64,000 nucleotides of DNA, taken from an uncultured Gammaproteobacteria bacterium. Its GTDB lineage: Bacteria; Patescibacteriota; Microgenomatia; 2-02-FULL-39-11. The DNA lies in assembly GCA_964354025.1 (NCBI GenBank), contig CAYGXQ010000001.1:70567-134566 (forward strand), read 5' to 3'. Shown here piece by piece: positions 22,067 to 32,590 of this stretch. Made by a program: the position numbers and the translations under genes. The notes beneath the pieces were generated by a model, which made no database searches, was not told the origin of the DNA, and worked only from the letters and a program-made list of their open reading frames with translations. Position 1 is the first letter of the stretch, and each line of letters starts with the position of its first letter.

Positions 22067-25063
22067 ATGGATCAAAAGAAGTTAAATAAGGAACAGCTTG
22101 AGGCGATCCGTCACTGGAAAGGCCCGCTTCTGGTGATTGCCGGCGCGGGGACGGGTAAAACAACGGTTATAACCGAGCGGATCAAATGGCTGATTGCCGA
22201 AGGCCTGGCCAAACCAGCCGAAATTCTGGCTTTGACTTTTACCGATAAAGCGGCTCGGGAAATGGAAGAACGGGTTGACCGGGCGCTTCCTTACGGTTAT
22301 ACCCAAATGTGGATTACCACTTTTCATTCATTTGGGGAGCGGGTTTTACGGCAGGAAGCGATCCAGATAGGTTTGAATCCGGGATACCGGCTCATGGCTG
22401 AGGCGGAGAGTATCATTTTTTTCCGCAAAAACCTCTTTAAATTTAACCTGAATTATTTCCGGCCAATGGGAAATCCGAACAAGTTTATTTCCGGTATGCT
22501 GCAGCATTTTACCAGGTTTAAAGATGAAGACATATCACCTAAAGAATATTTTAATTGGGCGAAATTAAACAATGAAACAACCCGCCAGCCGGCGAGGCAG
22601 GTGAAACAATTGAACAATGAGGAAAAAACTATTGAGAGTGAAAAATATATGGAACTGTCTGATGCTTTTCAAAAGTATGAAGAACTGAAAGTCAAAGAAG
22701 GTTTGATGGATTTTTCCGACCTGATAACTAACACTCTAAATCTTTTCCGGTTAAGGAAAAATATTTTGAAAAATTATCAGGAGCAGTTTAAGTATGTCTT
22801 GATTGATGAATTCCAGGACACAAATTTTGCCCAAAATGAACTGGCGGTTCTTCTGGCCGGAAACAGAAAAAACATAACGGTCGTCGGGGACGATGATCAG
22901 GCGATTTACCGATGGCGCGGCGCGGCTGTTTCCAATATTATCCAATTCCGGCAAAAATTCCCGGAGGCAAAGCCGGTGGTTTTGACGAAAAATTACCGTT
23001 CCACCACTGAAATTCTTGACCGGTCATATGACCTTATCCAAAACAACAATCCAGACCGGTTGGAAGTAAAAGAGAAAATTAATAAAAAACTAGAAAGCCA
23101 AAGAGGGATAAAAGGAGAAAAAATAGAATTGATTTATGAAAAGAGAGTGGAAGATGAAGCGGAAAAAGTAGCTAAACAAATTACAAATTATAAATTACAA
23201 ATTACAAATGACGAAGGGAAAGAATTATACAGTTGGAAAGATTTTGCCATTTTGGTTCGGGCCAACAGTCAGGCAGAACCGTTTGCCAGGGCACTATCCC
23301 GGGCCGGTATCCCTCACCAGTTTTTAGGACCGGGCATGCTTTTTAGGCAGTCTGAAGTCAAAGACCTGATCGCTTACCTTAAATTACTCGACGACTTCAC
23401 TGATTCGGTGGCCTTTTTCCGGGTTGTCACAATGCCGGTTTTTGGGATAAACACCCGGGATATTTATGCCGTCAATAATTTTGCCAAAAGAGTCGGGCTT
23501 TCCTTATTTGAAGCAGTTGAGGTGGTGGTGGCGTTTTTCTTAGGCGATGAAGGACATTGGAGCCGGATGAAAAATTACCAGAATTACCTGCCGTATACAG
23601 GCGAAACTACCAAAGAAAAACTGACCAAGATAATGAAAATGATCAACCGGCATTTGGATTTGGCCAGAAAAGAAACCGCCGGTCAGGTTCTCTACTACTT
23701 TCTGGAAGACAGCGGCATTTTGAAAGAACTGGTTGAGTACAAGACGGTCAAAGAGGAAAAGACCGCCTTAAATATCTCGAAATTTTTCGACAAGCTGAAG
23801 ACTTTTGAGACGGAACACGAAGAAGCAAATGTAGCGGCGGTGGTTGATTGGATTGAAATGGCGATGGAACTGGGTGAAAGTCCCCTGGCGGCGGATACTG
23901 ACTGGTCACAAAATGACGCGGTAAATATCCTGACAGTCCATTCGGCTAAAGGATTGGAGTTTCCGGTGGTCTTTTTAGTCAATCTGGTTAACCAGCGTTT
24001 TCCGACAGTTGAGCGGCATGAACAAATTCCCATCCCTGATGAGCTGGTGAAGGAGATATTGCCGGAAGGGGATTATCATCTGGAGGAGGAAAGACGGCTG
24101 TTTTACGTAGGTATGACCAGGGCCCGCGACCGGCTGATTTTGACCGCGGCCAATTTCTACGGAGAGGGCAAAAGAGAAAGGAAGATCTCGCAGTTTGTGA
24201 TGGAAACGTTGGGAGAGAAGAACATCAATAATTTAACAATTCAACCCTTCGACTTCGCTCAGGGTAAGCAATTGACTCTTTTAGAATGGAAAAAAACTGA
24301 AGAATTACCGGCCAAAACTATTAAACAACCCATCGAATATCTTTCTTATTCCCAAATTGAGAGTTTCACGACCTGTCCGCTGCAGTATAAATACCGCTAT
24401 ATCATCAGAATTCCGGCCCCTCCTTCGGCCGCCGGCTCTTTCGGAACATCCATCCATCTGACTTTGCAGAAATTTTACGAGCGGGTTAAAAGAGGCGAGC
24501 GGCCGCAAAAAGAGGATTTATTGCAGATATTGGATGAGGTCTGGCTGCCGGTCGGTTACGGTTCGAAACAATATGAAGAGAAAATGAAGACCAGAGGCCG
24601 CGACATGCTTCAGGCTTTTTTTGAGAAATTTTACGATCCCGACAAAAAGCCAAAAAGCCTGGAGCAGATTTTTAAGATAAAGCTGACACCGACTCTTAAA
24701 ATCGGCGGCAAAATCGACCGGGTGGATGAGACGCCTGACGGAAAGTTGGAAATTATCGATTACAAAACCGGCAAACGTCCCACCGATAAGGCCATCGCCG
24801 AAAACCTGCAGATGACGGTTTACGCGCTGGCCGCCTGCGACTCCGGTATTTACAACAGACGGCCGGAAGAAGTGGTTCTTTCTTTTTATTTTTTTGACGC
24901 CCGGGAGAAAGTAACTTCGACTAGGACAAAAGAACAGTTGGAAGAAGCCAAGAAAAAACTCCTGGAAAAAGCCCAAGATATTGCATCAAGCGATTTCTCT
25001 CCAAAAGTGGGCAAATGGTGCGATTTTTGCGATTTCCGCCTCATCTGTGAAGCCTGGCAATAA
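22067..25063 (+). CDS. UvrD/PcrA-like helicase fused to a C-terminal PD-(D/E)XK nuclease with Cys cluster
   Basis: AGAGTGKT, DEFQD, VGDDDQAIY, HSAKGLEF, YVGMTRA; GKIDR..IIDYKTG; C..CDFC..C. Confidence 0.92.
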   Translation: MDQKKLNKEQLEAIRHWKGPLLVIAGAGTGKTTVITERIKWLIAEGLAKPAEILALTFTDKAAREMEERVDRALPYGYTQMWITTFHSFGERVLRQEAIQIGLNPGYRLMAEAESIIFFRKNLFKFNLNYFRPMGNPNKFISGMLQHFTRFKDEDISPKEYFNWAKLNNETTRQPARQVKQLNNEEKTIESEKYMELSDAFQKYEELKVKEGLMDFSDLITNTLNLFRLRKNILKNYQEQFKYVLIDEFQDTNFAQNELAVLLAGNRKNITVVGDDDQAIYRWRGAAVSNIIQFRQKFPEAKPVVLTKNYRSTTEILDRSYDLIQNNNPDRLEVKEKINKKLESQRGIKGEKIELIYEKRVEDEAEKVAKQITNYKLQITNDEGKELYSWKDFAILVRANSQAEPFARALSRAGIPHQFLGPGMLFRQSEVKDLIAYLKLLDDFTDSVAFFRVVTMPVFGINTRDIYAVNNFAKRVGLSLFEAVEVVVAFFLGDEGHWSRMKNYQNYLPYTGETTKEKLTKIMKMINRHLDLARKETAGQVLYYFLEDSGILKELVEYKTVKEEKTALNISKFFDKLKTFETEHEEANVAAVVDWIEMAMELGESPLAADTDWSQNDAVNILTVHSAKGLEFPVVFLVNLVNQRFPTVERHEQIPIPDELVKEILPEGDYHLEEERRLFYVGMTRARDRLILTAANFYGEGKRERKISQFVMETLGEKNINNLTIQPFDFAQGKQLTLLEWKKTEELPAKTIKQPIEYLSYSQIESFTTCPLQYKYRYIIRIPAPPSAAGSFGTSIHLTLQKFYERVKRGERPQKEDLLQILDEVWLPVGYGSKQYEEKMKTRGRDMLQAFFEKFYDPDKKPKSLEQIFKIKLTPTLKIGGKIDRVDETPDGKLEIIDYKTGKRPTDKAIAENLQMTVYALAACDSGIYNRRPEEVVLSFYFFDAREKVTSTRTKEQLEEAKKKLLEKAQDIASSDFSPKVGKWCDFCDFRLICEAWQ

Positions 25064-25090
25064 TTTTTCGGGCGTGCTATCATAATTTTA

Positions 25091-26230
25091 ATGGTTCCAG
25101 ATCAGATCAAAAAATTTCCCAAACCGCTCATTATCCTGCTGGCAATAATATTCTTTTTCATTGTTTGGCTTATCGCGATAAACATAAAACCGGCCGGTAA
25201 TCAGCCGGCAATTACCTCACGAATTACACCCTCTGCGTTTTTGACGGCGGTCCCGACTAAAACAACCGCGGACAAATCGGAAATTGCCCAAAAAGCCATC
25301 AATTGGCTTAACCTGCAAAAATCCCCGGACGGAGTCTATTATTTGAACCGGATAGTTTTACCAAACCAGCCAACATTACCGCCGACGGAGGATAAGCGGA
25401 TCGGAATAAATGTACTCTGGGGGAAATATAAATATTGGCAAAAAACAAAAGACCCAAAGATACCGGCTGAATTGTCAGAAGAGTTAAATACTCTGTCAGA
25501 TGAAAAACTGACCCGTCTTTTCCAGCCTGATTTTTGGAGTTGCCGGTTTTTATACGAAATCTGGACGGATAAGGATATCGGGCAGGAGATGAAAGACCAA
25601 GCGGACAGTTTATGTTCAAGAGCAAGTTTTGCCATCCCGTCCGCCGGTGAGTTGTCAACCTATCAGGAGAAAGAGACAAATTTACCATCTGTATTTTCCC
25701 CAAGTATAGACAAAATCACTTTGTCTGCCAAAGAAGAGATTGATTTGGGAAAGAAGTCTTACCAATATCCCGCCTTTGCTTCGGATTTTGCCGCCAAATA
25801 CTTATGGCATGGTAGAGTTAACGACCTGCAGACCGCCAAAGCACTTTTTAATCTGACAGTGGAGATTTACCAAAAACAATTGCGATCCGGAGTGATCCGC
25901 AATGAGTGTGTTCTGGGTATGGCTTCGCTTGATTTATACCGGCAGACAAATGACATGAAATATCTTATCTTTGCCGGAGATATTTTCAAAAATGATATTT
26001 TGGCCGGAAAGAGAAGTCTTTTCAGAAAAATTGCCTGTTATCTTTTCGTCGAAGAATTAGATACCGTCAGTCCGGAGATGAAATATGCCAATTTCGAAAA
26101 TAAACTGCTGGAAAATATCCTGTCGGAAAATTATGACCCCGTTTCCGGCGCGTTTTTCAGCGATATCGAAGATATCCGGCTTTATGAAACAAGAGATAAC
26201 GCTCTGATGCTGAAAATTTTATCTGAATAA
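25091..26230 (+). CDS. membrane-anchored protein, putative (alpha/alpha)-toroid fold (paralog A)
   Basis: TM anchor; KAINWLNLQKSPDG and LGMASLDLYRQTND.KYL helical-repeat motifs; paralog of 27192-28511. Confidence 0.6.
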   Translation: MVPDQIKKFPKPLIILLAIIFFFIVWLIAINIKPAGNQPAITSRITPSAFLTAVPTKTTADKSEIAQKAINWLNLQKSPDGVYYLNRIVLPNQPTLPPTEDKRIGINVLWGKYKYWQKTKDPKIPAELSEELNTLSDEKLTRLFQPDFWSCRFLYEIWTDKDIGQEMKDQADSLCSRASFAIPSAGELSTYQEKETNLPSVFSPSIDKITLSAKEEIDLGKKSYQYPAFASDFAAKYLWHGRVNDLQTAKALFNLTVEIYQKQLRSGVIRNECVLGMASLDLYRQTNDMKYLIFAGDIFKNDILAGKRSLFRKIACYLFVEELDTVSPEMKYANFENKLLENILSENYDPVSGAFFSDIEDIRLYETRDNALMLKILSE

Positions 26231-26234
26231 TATT

Positions 26235-27125
26235 ATGAAAAGAAATAATCTTTTTTGGGCTGTCAGCCTGTCTGTTATCCTGATCTTTTCTTTTACCCCC
26301 AAGAATGTTTTTGCCGACAACAGAACGGAGTGTGAAAGCTCGTCAAGCGATCCCAGCTGCGGACCGTGTGATTACAGCGATTCATGGGACGGCAAAAATC
26401 CGAACGGTGAATGTCACGCCGGCTGTTGGGACAATTCCGTTCCTTATGAATATCCGGGTCCCAAAAGAATGTGTACTTTTGAATGTACCTACTGCAATAA
26501 CGGCAATACCTGCGCTTATCCAATATCCGGTACTCCGCCGGTTCCCACCTCAATGCCCGGTACGCCTGTCCCTACCGTGGGTCCCTGTACTTGCGAAAAA
26601 GTAGACGTGGAAGGGATAATCGGCGCCGGCCAGACGATCACCCTGACCACTTATGCCCGTTCGCTTGACCCGGCCAAAAACAAAATTAACAGTATGATTT
26701 ATCATGTTGAGCAAAACGGTCAGGAGATTACCCATTCTGAACCAATCAGCGCCATTGAAGTAACCGGAGAACCCGGCCGGTATTACACCAACTGGACTTA
26801 TACCATTCCCTCAGACGGTATCGGTACGGTTGATTACCGGATTTGGGTAGATATCTTATGCGCTTATAAAACCGCCGCCAGCCAGAGTCAGACTGCGGTC
26901 CTGGGAATAGGGACAACCATCAAAATCGGCATCTTTGATCCCCTGGTCGGATTAATTCAATCAATTTTCACTCCCAAAAACGGCCAACCCGCCCCTTCTC
27001 TTGACACTAATCCGGATTCCTACACCATCCTCAGGCCTACCAGAGTGAATACCCTGCAATTGGGGACGTTTTATCCAACCCTTAAAAAAGGCTGTCATGA
27101 AATCAGTTTTTCCATCCATTTCTGA
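26235..27125 (+). CDS. secreted Cys-rich surface protein (paralog A)
   Basis: Signal peptide, Cys-rich N-terminus, PT linker, C-terminal domain shared with 28513-30858. Confidence 0.7.
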   Translation: MKRNNLFWAVSLSVILIFSFTPKNVFADNRTECESSSSDPSCGPCDYSDSWDGKNPNGECHAGCWDNSVPYEYPGPKRMCTFECTYCNNGNTCAYPISGTPPVPTSMPGTPVPTVGPCTCEKVDVEGIIGAGQTITLTTYARSLDPAKNKINSMIYHVEQNGQEITHSEPISAIEVTGEPGRYYTNWTYTIPSDGIGTVDYRIWVDILCAYKTAASQSQTAVLGIGTTIKIGIFDPLVGLIQSIFTPKNGQPAPSLDTNPDSYTILRPTRVNTLQLGTFYPTLKKGCHEISFSIHF

Positions 27126-27191
27126 TTCTTGACTAAAATATCGGGAAACGTTAACCTTATTTTAAGGTAAACTTTTATCGGCATTTTTCTT

Positions 27192-28511
27192 ATGGATAAA
27201 AAGAAGATTTTGATTACCGCAGTTATAGTATTAATGGCAATTATCGCCATCGTTGCTATTTTTCTCTCCAAAAAAAATCAGCCGGGACAACCAGTCAGCT
27301 GCAATCTGCAAAATTGTCCTTCCGGCTGCTGCGCGGATGACAAATGCCAGACCCAGGGATCAATTTTTGCCGGCTACTTATGTTTGGGTGCCAATAACTG
27401 GCAGACGCCTGGTCGGCAAGTGGTGACTGGTGCGCCAAAAGAAGTCGCGGCAGAAGTGAAAAAGAATGCCGAAACGGATAAAATCTCTCCCAATCCTGCT
27501 TCGCAAAGAATAGAAATGGCCAAAAAAACGCTTGACTGGTTAAATATGCAGAAAGATGAAAAGGGCTTGTATTCCCTTTACCAAATCGTCCGTGCGAACG
27601 GTGAAGTGGTACCTTATATTACCGACAGCCGGGAAGTGATTGACGTCGTCCTGGCAAGATATGCATACTGGAAAAAGACAAAAGACACAAAGACACTGGA
27701 TCTGTTAAAACAGGATCTGGATGTACTAGGTGATGAGAAAAAACTGCCGCAGTTGATGCCTGAATTTTGGCATTGCAAGCTATTTTACGAAATCTGGAAT
27801 GATAAGCTTATGCCTGGGGATTTGAAAGATAAAGCCAAAGCCAGTTGCGCAAGAAGTATGACCTCCGGTTATCCTGATGTGGACCTTAAATCGATTTTAT
27901 CGGATACAATAACGGTGACTCCTTTTCCGGAAAAATCAATTCAGGAACTTGAGTCAGCCTTAAATAAACCGGAGAAGAATATTACTTTATCACCGCAGGA
28001 GGAGGAAGAACTCCAGCAGAAATATCCGAAATATGCCGCTTACGTTTCCGATTTCCTTAATAAATACCAATGGGAAAAAAAGAACCAGGATCTGGAAGCG
28101 GCCAAAACGTTTTTCAGCTACGCTTTAGACGCCTACAAGAGAGCGGAAGAGGCGGCAGTAATACCGCAAAAAGAATGCCTGTTGGGGATTGCTTCGCTTG
28201 ATTTTTTCAAAACGACTGCCGATGACAAATACCGCTCGTTTGCGCAAAAATTATGGGAAAAAATCTCAATCTCACCAAAAGGATCGCTTTTCTCACAAGC
28301 TACCTGCGCTATTTTTACCAATGAGATAAATACAATCACCCCTGATAAAAAATACGGTGATTTCCTGAAAAACTTGACTGATGAGATTATAAAAAATAAC
28401 CATGAAATAAATTCCGGCGCTTTCTTTTATAAAAGCAATGGAAGTATTATCAAAGAGATCAGGGATAATTGTCTCTTGGTGAAGGTTTTATCGGATTCTG
28501 ATAGTGAGTAG
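27192..28511 (+). CDS. membrane-anchored protein, putative (alpha/alpha)-toroid fold (paralog B)
   Basis: KTLDWLNMQKDEKG, FWHCKLFYEIW, ECLLGIASLD. Confidence 0.6.
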   Translation: MDKKKILITAVIVLMAIIAIVAIFLSKKNQPGQPVSCNLQNCPSGCCADDKCQTQGSIFAGYLCLGANNWQTPGRQVVTGAPKEVAAEVKKNAETDKISPNPASQRIEMAKKTLDWLNMQKDEKGLYSLYQIVRANGEVVPYITDSREVIDVVLARYAYWKKTKDTKTLDLLKQDLDVLGDEKKLPQLMPEFWHCKLFYEIWNDKLMPGDLKDKAKASCARSMTSGYPDVDLKSILSDTITVTPFPEKSIQELESALNKPEKNITLSPQEEEELQQKYPKYAAYVSDFLNKYQWEKKNQDLEAAKTFFSYALDAYKRAEEAAVIPQKECLLGIASLDFFKTTADDKYRSFAQKLWEKISISPKGSLFSQATCAIFTNEINTITPDKKYGDFLKNLTDEIIKNNHEINSGAFFYKSNGSIIKEIRDNCLLVKVLSDSDSE

Positions 28512-28512
28512 T

Positions 28513-30858
28513 ATGAAAAGATTTTTTTATACAATATTTCTTGCCATTATCCTTTTGGGGATTTTTTATTCCTTTAAAAATAGCGCATATGCTGTAGATT
28601 GTTCGATTCTCAGCTCAAATCCTGCTTGCGGTAAATGTGTTATAGATCCATGGTCTGGGAGTGGTGCTTGTATGAAACAGTGTAATCCTGGTGCGATTAC
28701 GTGTTCCGGTAAGGAAGATCTGAATTCCTGCTGGTGGAGATGTAATGCAGCTGAAGGGGGATGTGATAATCCCTACCAATGCTGTTATCCGCCGAGTCCC
28801 ACTCCGACTAATTCACCACCCTCCTGTAACAGCCTGACTGTCCAGCCGGTTACCGTGATGCCTGGAGAGTCGATTACCCTAAAAGCAAACGTCGGCGAAT
28901 TGAACGGCTCGGTTACGAAAGTGGATTTTTATTACGGATTAGTATCGGAAATAGACGGAGGGGCGGCGGTCAATCCTCCAGGCGGTAACTGGCATCCTTT
29001 AGGCAGTGTGTCATCCAGTCAACCGACAATCCCCTTTGCTCCTTTGGTCACGCCGAATGTTAAAACAGGTAAAAGTTGTGACCAGATTTGTCAGGGATAT
29101 CAGGGCAGGTCCTGTTTGTCAGTTGGTACTGATACCGGGGGAACAAACGGGAGCGTGACGAAATTTAATAGTACTGGGAGTGAAGACGGCAGTTGTGATT
29201 CACAAACGGGCGGATGGGCAAGAGAGAAATGCAATGTAGCGATGAATGCTCATGGACAAATGCCTTGCGACTGGACAAATTGCCGCTGTTCGGATTGGCC
29301 GACTTTAACTACATTTACGGATGTTTCTTGGACCGGAACTTTTCCGGGAACAGGAGGAGCCTATTATTTCATCGCCAATGTCTTTGACGCTCAGGGCCTG
29401 TTTTGTTCCGGCAATCCTAAAAAACCGGCTGACGTAAAAGGATGTTCAGCCTGTATGTTGCAAACAACCGTGGTGACGCCATCACCGACTCCCAGTGAGT
29501 CTCCGACGCCTTCAGCAACACCTACATCTACCCCTACTTCTACTCCTACCCCGACACCTCTTGGATGCGGCAATCCCTGCAGCCCGGACAATAACGAATG
29601 TCCCGAAGAATGTCCATTTTGTCCGGTAGATAATTCCTTTTGCGTCGGTCCAAGTTCCACGCCCACTCCCACCCAAGTTCCTTGTAACGGCCCCTGTACT
29701 AACAGCAATGAATGTGATATAAACTGTCCTCTTTGTTCAACTGATCATACCTGTAGGGTACCTTGTGGTGATCTGTGCACCAACAGCAACGAATGCGATC
29801 TGTCCTGTCCGATTTGTACGGCTGATAACAAATGTTTGGCAGCCAGTCCGACTCCCACTAAAGTCCCCTGTACCCAACCATGTACCAATAGCCTAGAATG
29901 CGATATCAACTGTCCTCTTTGTTCAACTGATCATACCTGTAGGGTACCTTGTGGTGATCTGTGCACCAACAGCAACGAATGCGATCTGTCCTGTCCGATT
30001 TGTACGGCTGATAACAAATGTTTGGCAGCCAGTCCGACACCGACAGCTACACCGATTCCTCCGACAGCTACACCGACAGCGACTGTCACTCCGACACCGG
30101 AGCCATACTGCCTTTGCGATAGTATGGAATATACAGGATCTCCGGTACCGGGTGGGACAATGAGTTTCACTACCTGGGGTAGGATACCGGATTATGCCCA
30201 CAATAATTCAGGCATCCAGAGTATGATTTATCGGGTTTGGAACGGAAGACCGGAATCGCAATCTGTGCCTCCGGATGCAGCCGGACCCGTCACTGTACCA
30301 GCCCAAGGTCCGGTAACCGTCGGTGCTGATTACCGGTATTCGACGACTTGGAATTGGCAAATTCCGAGTACCGTGCCGACTTCCGGTTATGTCGATTATT
30401 ATTTCAACGCGGAAATCAAGTGTGTCAGACCAAGATCGACAGCGGATAGCGGCAGTAATCTGGTTCAGGCAAACACGGCGGTGCTGGGTACAACCGAGGA
30501 AAAAAGTCCCGGCTTTTTTGCCTCCATTCTTCGTTTCTTCGGTTCTCTTTTAGGAATTTCTCCATCTGTGGTTACTCCTTCACCGCTAGTACCTACTCCT
30601 ACCTCCTCTGCCCGGCTTGTTCCGCTGGCCGCCGAAGCACTTTCGCCTACACCTACCCAGGTCATGCTTCCTCCTTCTCCCACAATGGGAATGGGAGGGT
30701 ATTGCGCCAGTACTGTTCTTGCACCATCAGGAGTCCATAGCGATCAACTAGGCACTTTTACTCCCAATTGCGCCTGTCCTACCCCAGCAATTATCAAAAC
30801 ATGTACCTGGACAGTCTTAAGAATATATTACGGTGATGATTGTGTGAAGACACCGTAA
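28513..30858 (+). CDS. secreted Cys-rich, PT-repeat surface protein (paralog B)
   Basis: Signal peptide, Ig-like segment, Cys-rich repeats with a 186 bp internal duplication. Confidence 0.75.
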   Translation: MKRFFYTIFLAIILLGIFYSFKNSAYAVDCSILSSNPACGKCVIDPWSGSGACMKQCNPGAITCSGKEDLNSCWWRCNAAEGGCDNPYQCCYPPSPTPTNSPPSCNSLTVQPVTVMPGESITLKANVGELNGSVTKVDFYYGLVSEIDGGAAVNPPGGNWHPLGSVSSSQPTIPFAPLVTPNVKTGKSCDQICQGYQGRSCLSVGTDTGGTNGSVTKFNSTGSEDGSCDSQTGGWAREKCNVAMNAHGQMPCDWTNCRCSDWPTLTTFTDVSWTGTFPGTGGAYYFIANVFDAQGLFCSGNPKKPADVKGCSACMLQTTVVTPSPTPSESPTPSATPTSTPTSTPTPTPLGCGNPCSPDNNECPEECPFCPVDNSFCVGPSSTPTPTQVPCNGPCTNSNECDINCPLCSTDHTCRVPCGDLCTNSNECDLSCPICTADNKCLAASPTPTKVPCTQPCTNSLECDINCPLCSTDHTCRVPCGDLCTNSNECDLSCPICTADNKCLAASPTPTATPIPPTATPTATVTPTPEPYCLCDSMEYTGSPVPGGTMSFTTWGRIPDYAHNNSGIQSMIYRVWNGRPESQSVPPDAAGPVTVPAQGPVTVGADYRYSTTWNWQIPSTVPTSGYVDYYFNAEIKCVRPRSTADSGSNLVQANTAVLGTTEEKSPGFFASILRFFGSLLGISPSVVTPSPLVPTPTSSARLVPLAAEALSPTPTQVMLPPSPTMGMGGYCASTVLAPSGVHSDQLGTFTPNCACPTPAIIKTCTWTVLRIYYGDDCVKTP

Positions 30859-30913
30859 ACTACATCCAGTTTATGGGATTTCTTATGGGGCTTTATGCGT
30901 GGATGTAGTAAAG

Positions 30914-31228
30914 TTATTTATCCCGGATTTTGAGAGAAGCGAAACTGGTGATTCCTCCAAGAGTCAAGATGCCGCTGATTCCCAAAAGCAATAATGAGTT
31001 TTCCATATTTCCGGATACCGGCGGTTGGGGAGTGGCTGTGGGGCGGGGAGTCGAAGTGGGTGGTGGAGTATTGGTTGGTGCCGTAACGGGTGTACTGGTG
31101 GGGGCACAAGTGATACCGGGAATGGTCGTATCGCAGATGGGGCCGAAGGTATCCTGGGCAAAGACACTCCTTTTGGGAAGCAAAATGACTAAGACAAGAA
31201 TAAAATAGGATAATAATCGGGAATTCAT
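30914..31228 (-). CDS. small PT-rich secreted protein with C-terminal PxSG-TM anchor
   Basis: Signal peptide ..VFA, PT tract, PPVSG followed by TM and basic tail. Confidence 0.6.
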   Translation of the reverse strand: MNSRLLSYFILVLVILLPKRSVFAQDTFGPICDTTIPGITCAPTSTPVTAPTNTPPPTSTPRPTATPQPPVSGNMENSLLLLGISGILTLGGITSFASLKIRDK

Positions 31229-31301
31229 CCTAAATCCATTGTGATGGATTATTTTTTGGGTGTCAAGTGGAAAGTTTTATGTTAAGATAAAAATTATAGA
31301 T

Positions 31302-31757
31302 ATGAAAAAAAAGCTGATCATCTTAATCGGTCTTATTATTTTAATTTTTATAGCAAAAATGACCGGTTTTAACGGGAAATATTTTTTTAAGTCTTTAGAA
31401 TTTTTACAGGATAATAGAAGTTACTCCGATTCCGGTATTTCCGCTTCAGAACCGACAAAGGTAACAGAAATAAACATCACAAAATGGGCAATCTCGCCGG
31501 AGTCATTGGCCAAATGTCTGGCTGAACGGCGTTTTAAGATGTACGGGACTGATACCTGCAGTTCGTGTAAGATGCAGAAAGAATTTTTCGGCGACAGTTT
31601 TCAGCTGATAAATTATGTGAACTGCGAAACGGAAAAAACTTTGTGTGACGCCAAAGGTCTGCATGCTTTTCCCGTTTGGGAAGACGACACCGGTAAGCAA
31701 TATAAAGGAGCGATAGAATTATCAGTTTTGGCCAATTTAACCGGTTGCGACAAATAA
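31302..31757 (+). CDS. membrane-anchored thioredoxin-like protein
   Basis: MYGTDTCSSCKMQK (CxxC), YVNC..LC..FPVW, as in VKOR-associated thioredoxin domains. Confidence 0.8.
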   Translation: MKKKLIILIGLIILIFIAKMTGFNGKYFFKSLEFLQDNRSYSDSGISASEPTKVTEINITKWAISPESLAKCLAERRFKMYGTDTCSSCKMQKEFFGDSFQLINYVNCETEKTLCDAKGLHAFPVWEDDTGKQYKGAIELSVLANLTGCDK

Positions 31758-31760
31758 ATT

Positions 31761-32582
31761 ATGATTACCTCCGGTAATTTAATCGGCGCTTTTTTGGCAG
31801 GATTGACGTCCTTTTTTGCCCCGTGTCTGCTGCCGCTTTTTCCCTCTTACTTTTCCGCCGTCTCCGGCTTTACTTTTGCCCAGTTGTACGGACTGGATTT
31901 CGGCAAAATCAGGTTACGGGTCTTTGTCTCCAGTCTTTTTTTCTCGGCCGGATTTGCGATCGTTTTCACGGCTTTGGGAGCCACCGGTTCCCTTGTCGGA
32001 CAACTTCTGGAGAAGTACCTGCCGTATCTTTTGAGGCTAAGCGGGATATTTTTGATACTATTGGGTCTTGTACAACTGGGAATAATCAAAATTCCCTCTT
32101 TTGAATTTGACTATGCTTGGAAAATGCAGAAAAAAATGGCCGGTCTCGGGTTCTTAACCTCTTTGGTAACCGGGATTGCCGCCGCGCTGTCTTGGATTCC
32201 CTGTATCGGGCCGCTTTTGTCTCCGATCCTTTTGCTTTCTGCAGAAAGCGAGACGGTGTTTTCCGGCAGTTTACTTTTATTTATTTTTTCCCTGGGACTG
32301 ACGGTACCGTTTTTGGCCGGCGGATTATTTTTCCCGGCCGTAGTCAATCTTCTTCAGGGTCATAGGCAGCTGTTTCACCGGATTTCACAGCTGGCGGGAA
32401 TATTTATTATCATCCTCGGGATATTATTACTCGCAGATAAATATCAGTTATTGATAAAATTATTTGAAGGGATAGTTTTATCTGTCATTGCGAGTCCCGA
32501 TGTCACATCGGGACGCGGCAATCTCGGATGGGATTGCTTCGCTTCGCTCACAATGACATATAAACATAAATTCATTATATAA
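31761..32582 (+). CDS. ccdA: cytochrome c biogenesis CcdA / DsbD-beta family protein
   Basis: SFFAPCLLPL and WIPCIGP motifs; the C-terminus reads through a palindromic element. Confidence 0.9.
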   Translation: MITSGNLIGAFLAGLTSFFAPCLLPLFPSYFSAVSGFTFAQLYGLDFGKIRLRVFVSSLFFSAGFAIVFTALGATGSLVGQLLEKYLPYLLRLSGIFLILLGLVQLGIIKIPSFEFDYAWKMQKKMAGLGFLTSLVTGIAAALSWIPCIGPLLSPILLLSAESETVFSGSLLLFIFSLGLTVPFLAGGLFFPAVVNLLQGHRQLFHRISQLAGIFIIILGILLLADKYQLLIKLFEGIVLSVIASPDVTSGRGNLGWDCFASLTMTYKHKFII

Positions 32583-32590
32583 GTCCTGAA

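Noticed and set aside
29722-30038. DGR template/variable repeat pair
   Set aside because: The copies are identical and in frame, with no adenine-specific differences and no RT gene.
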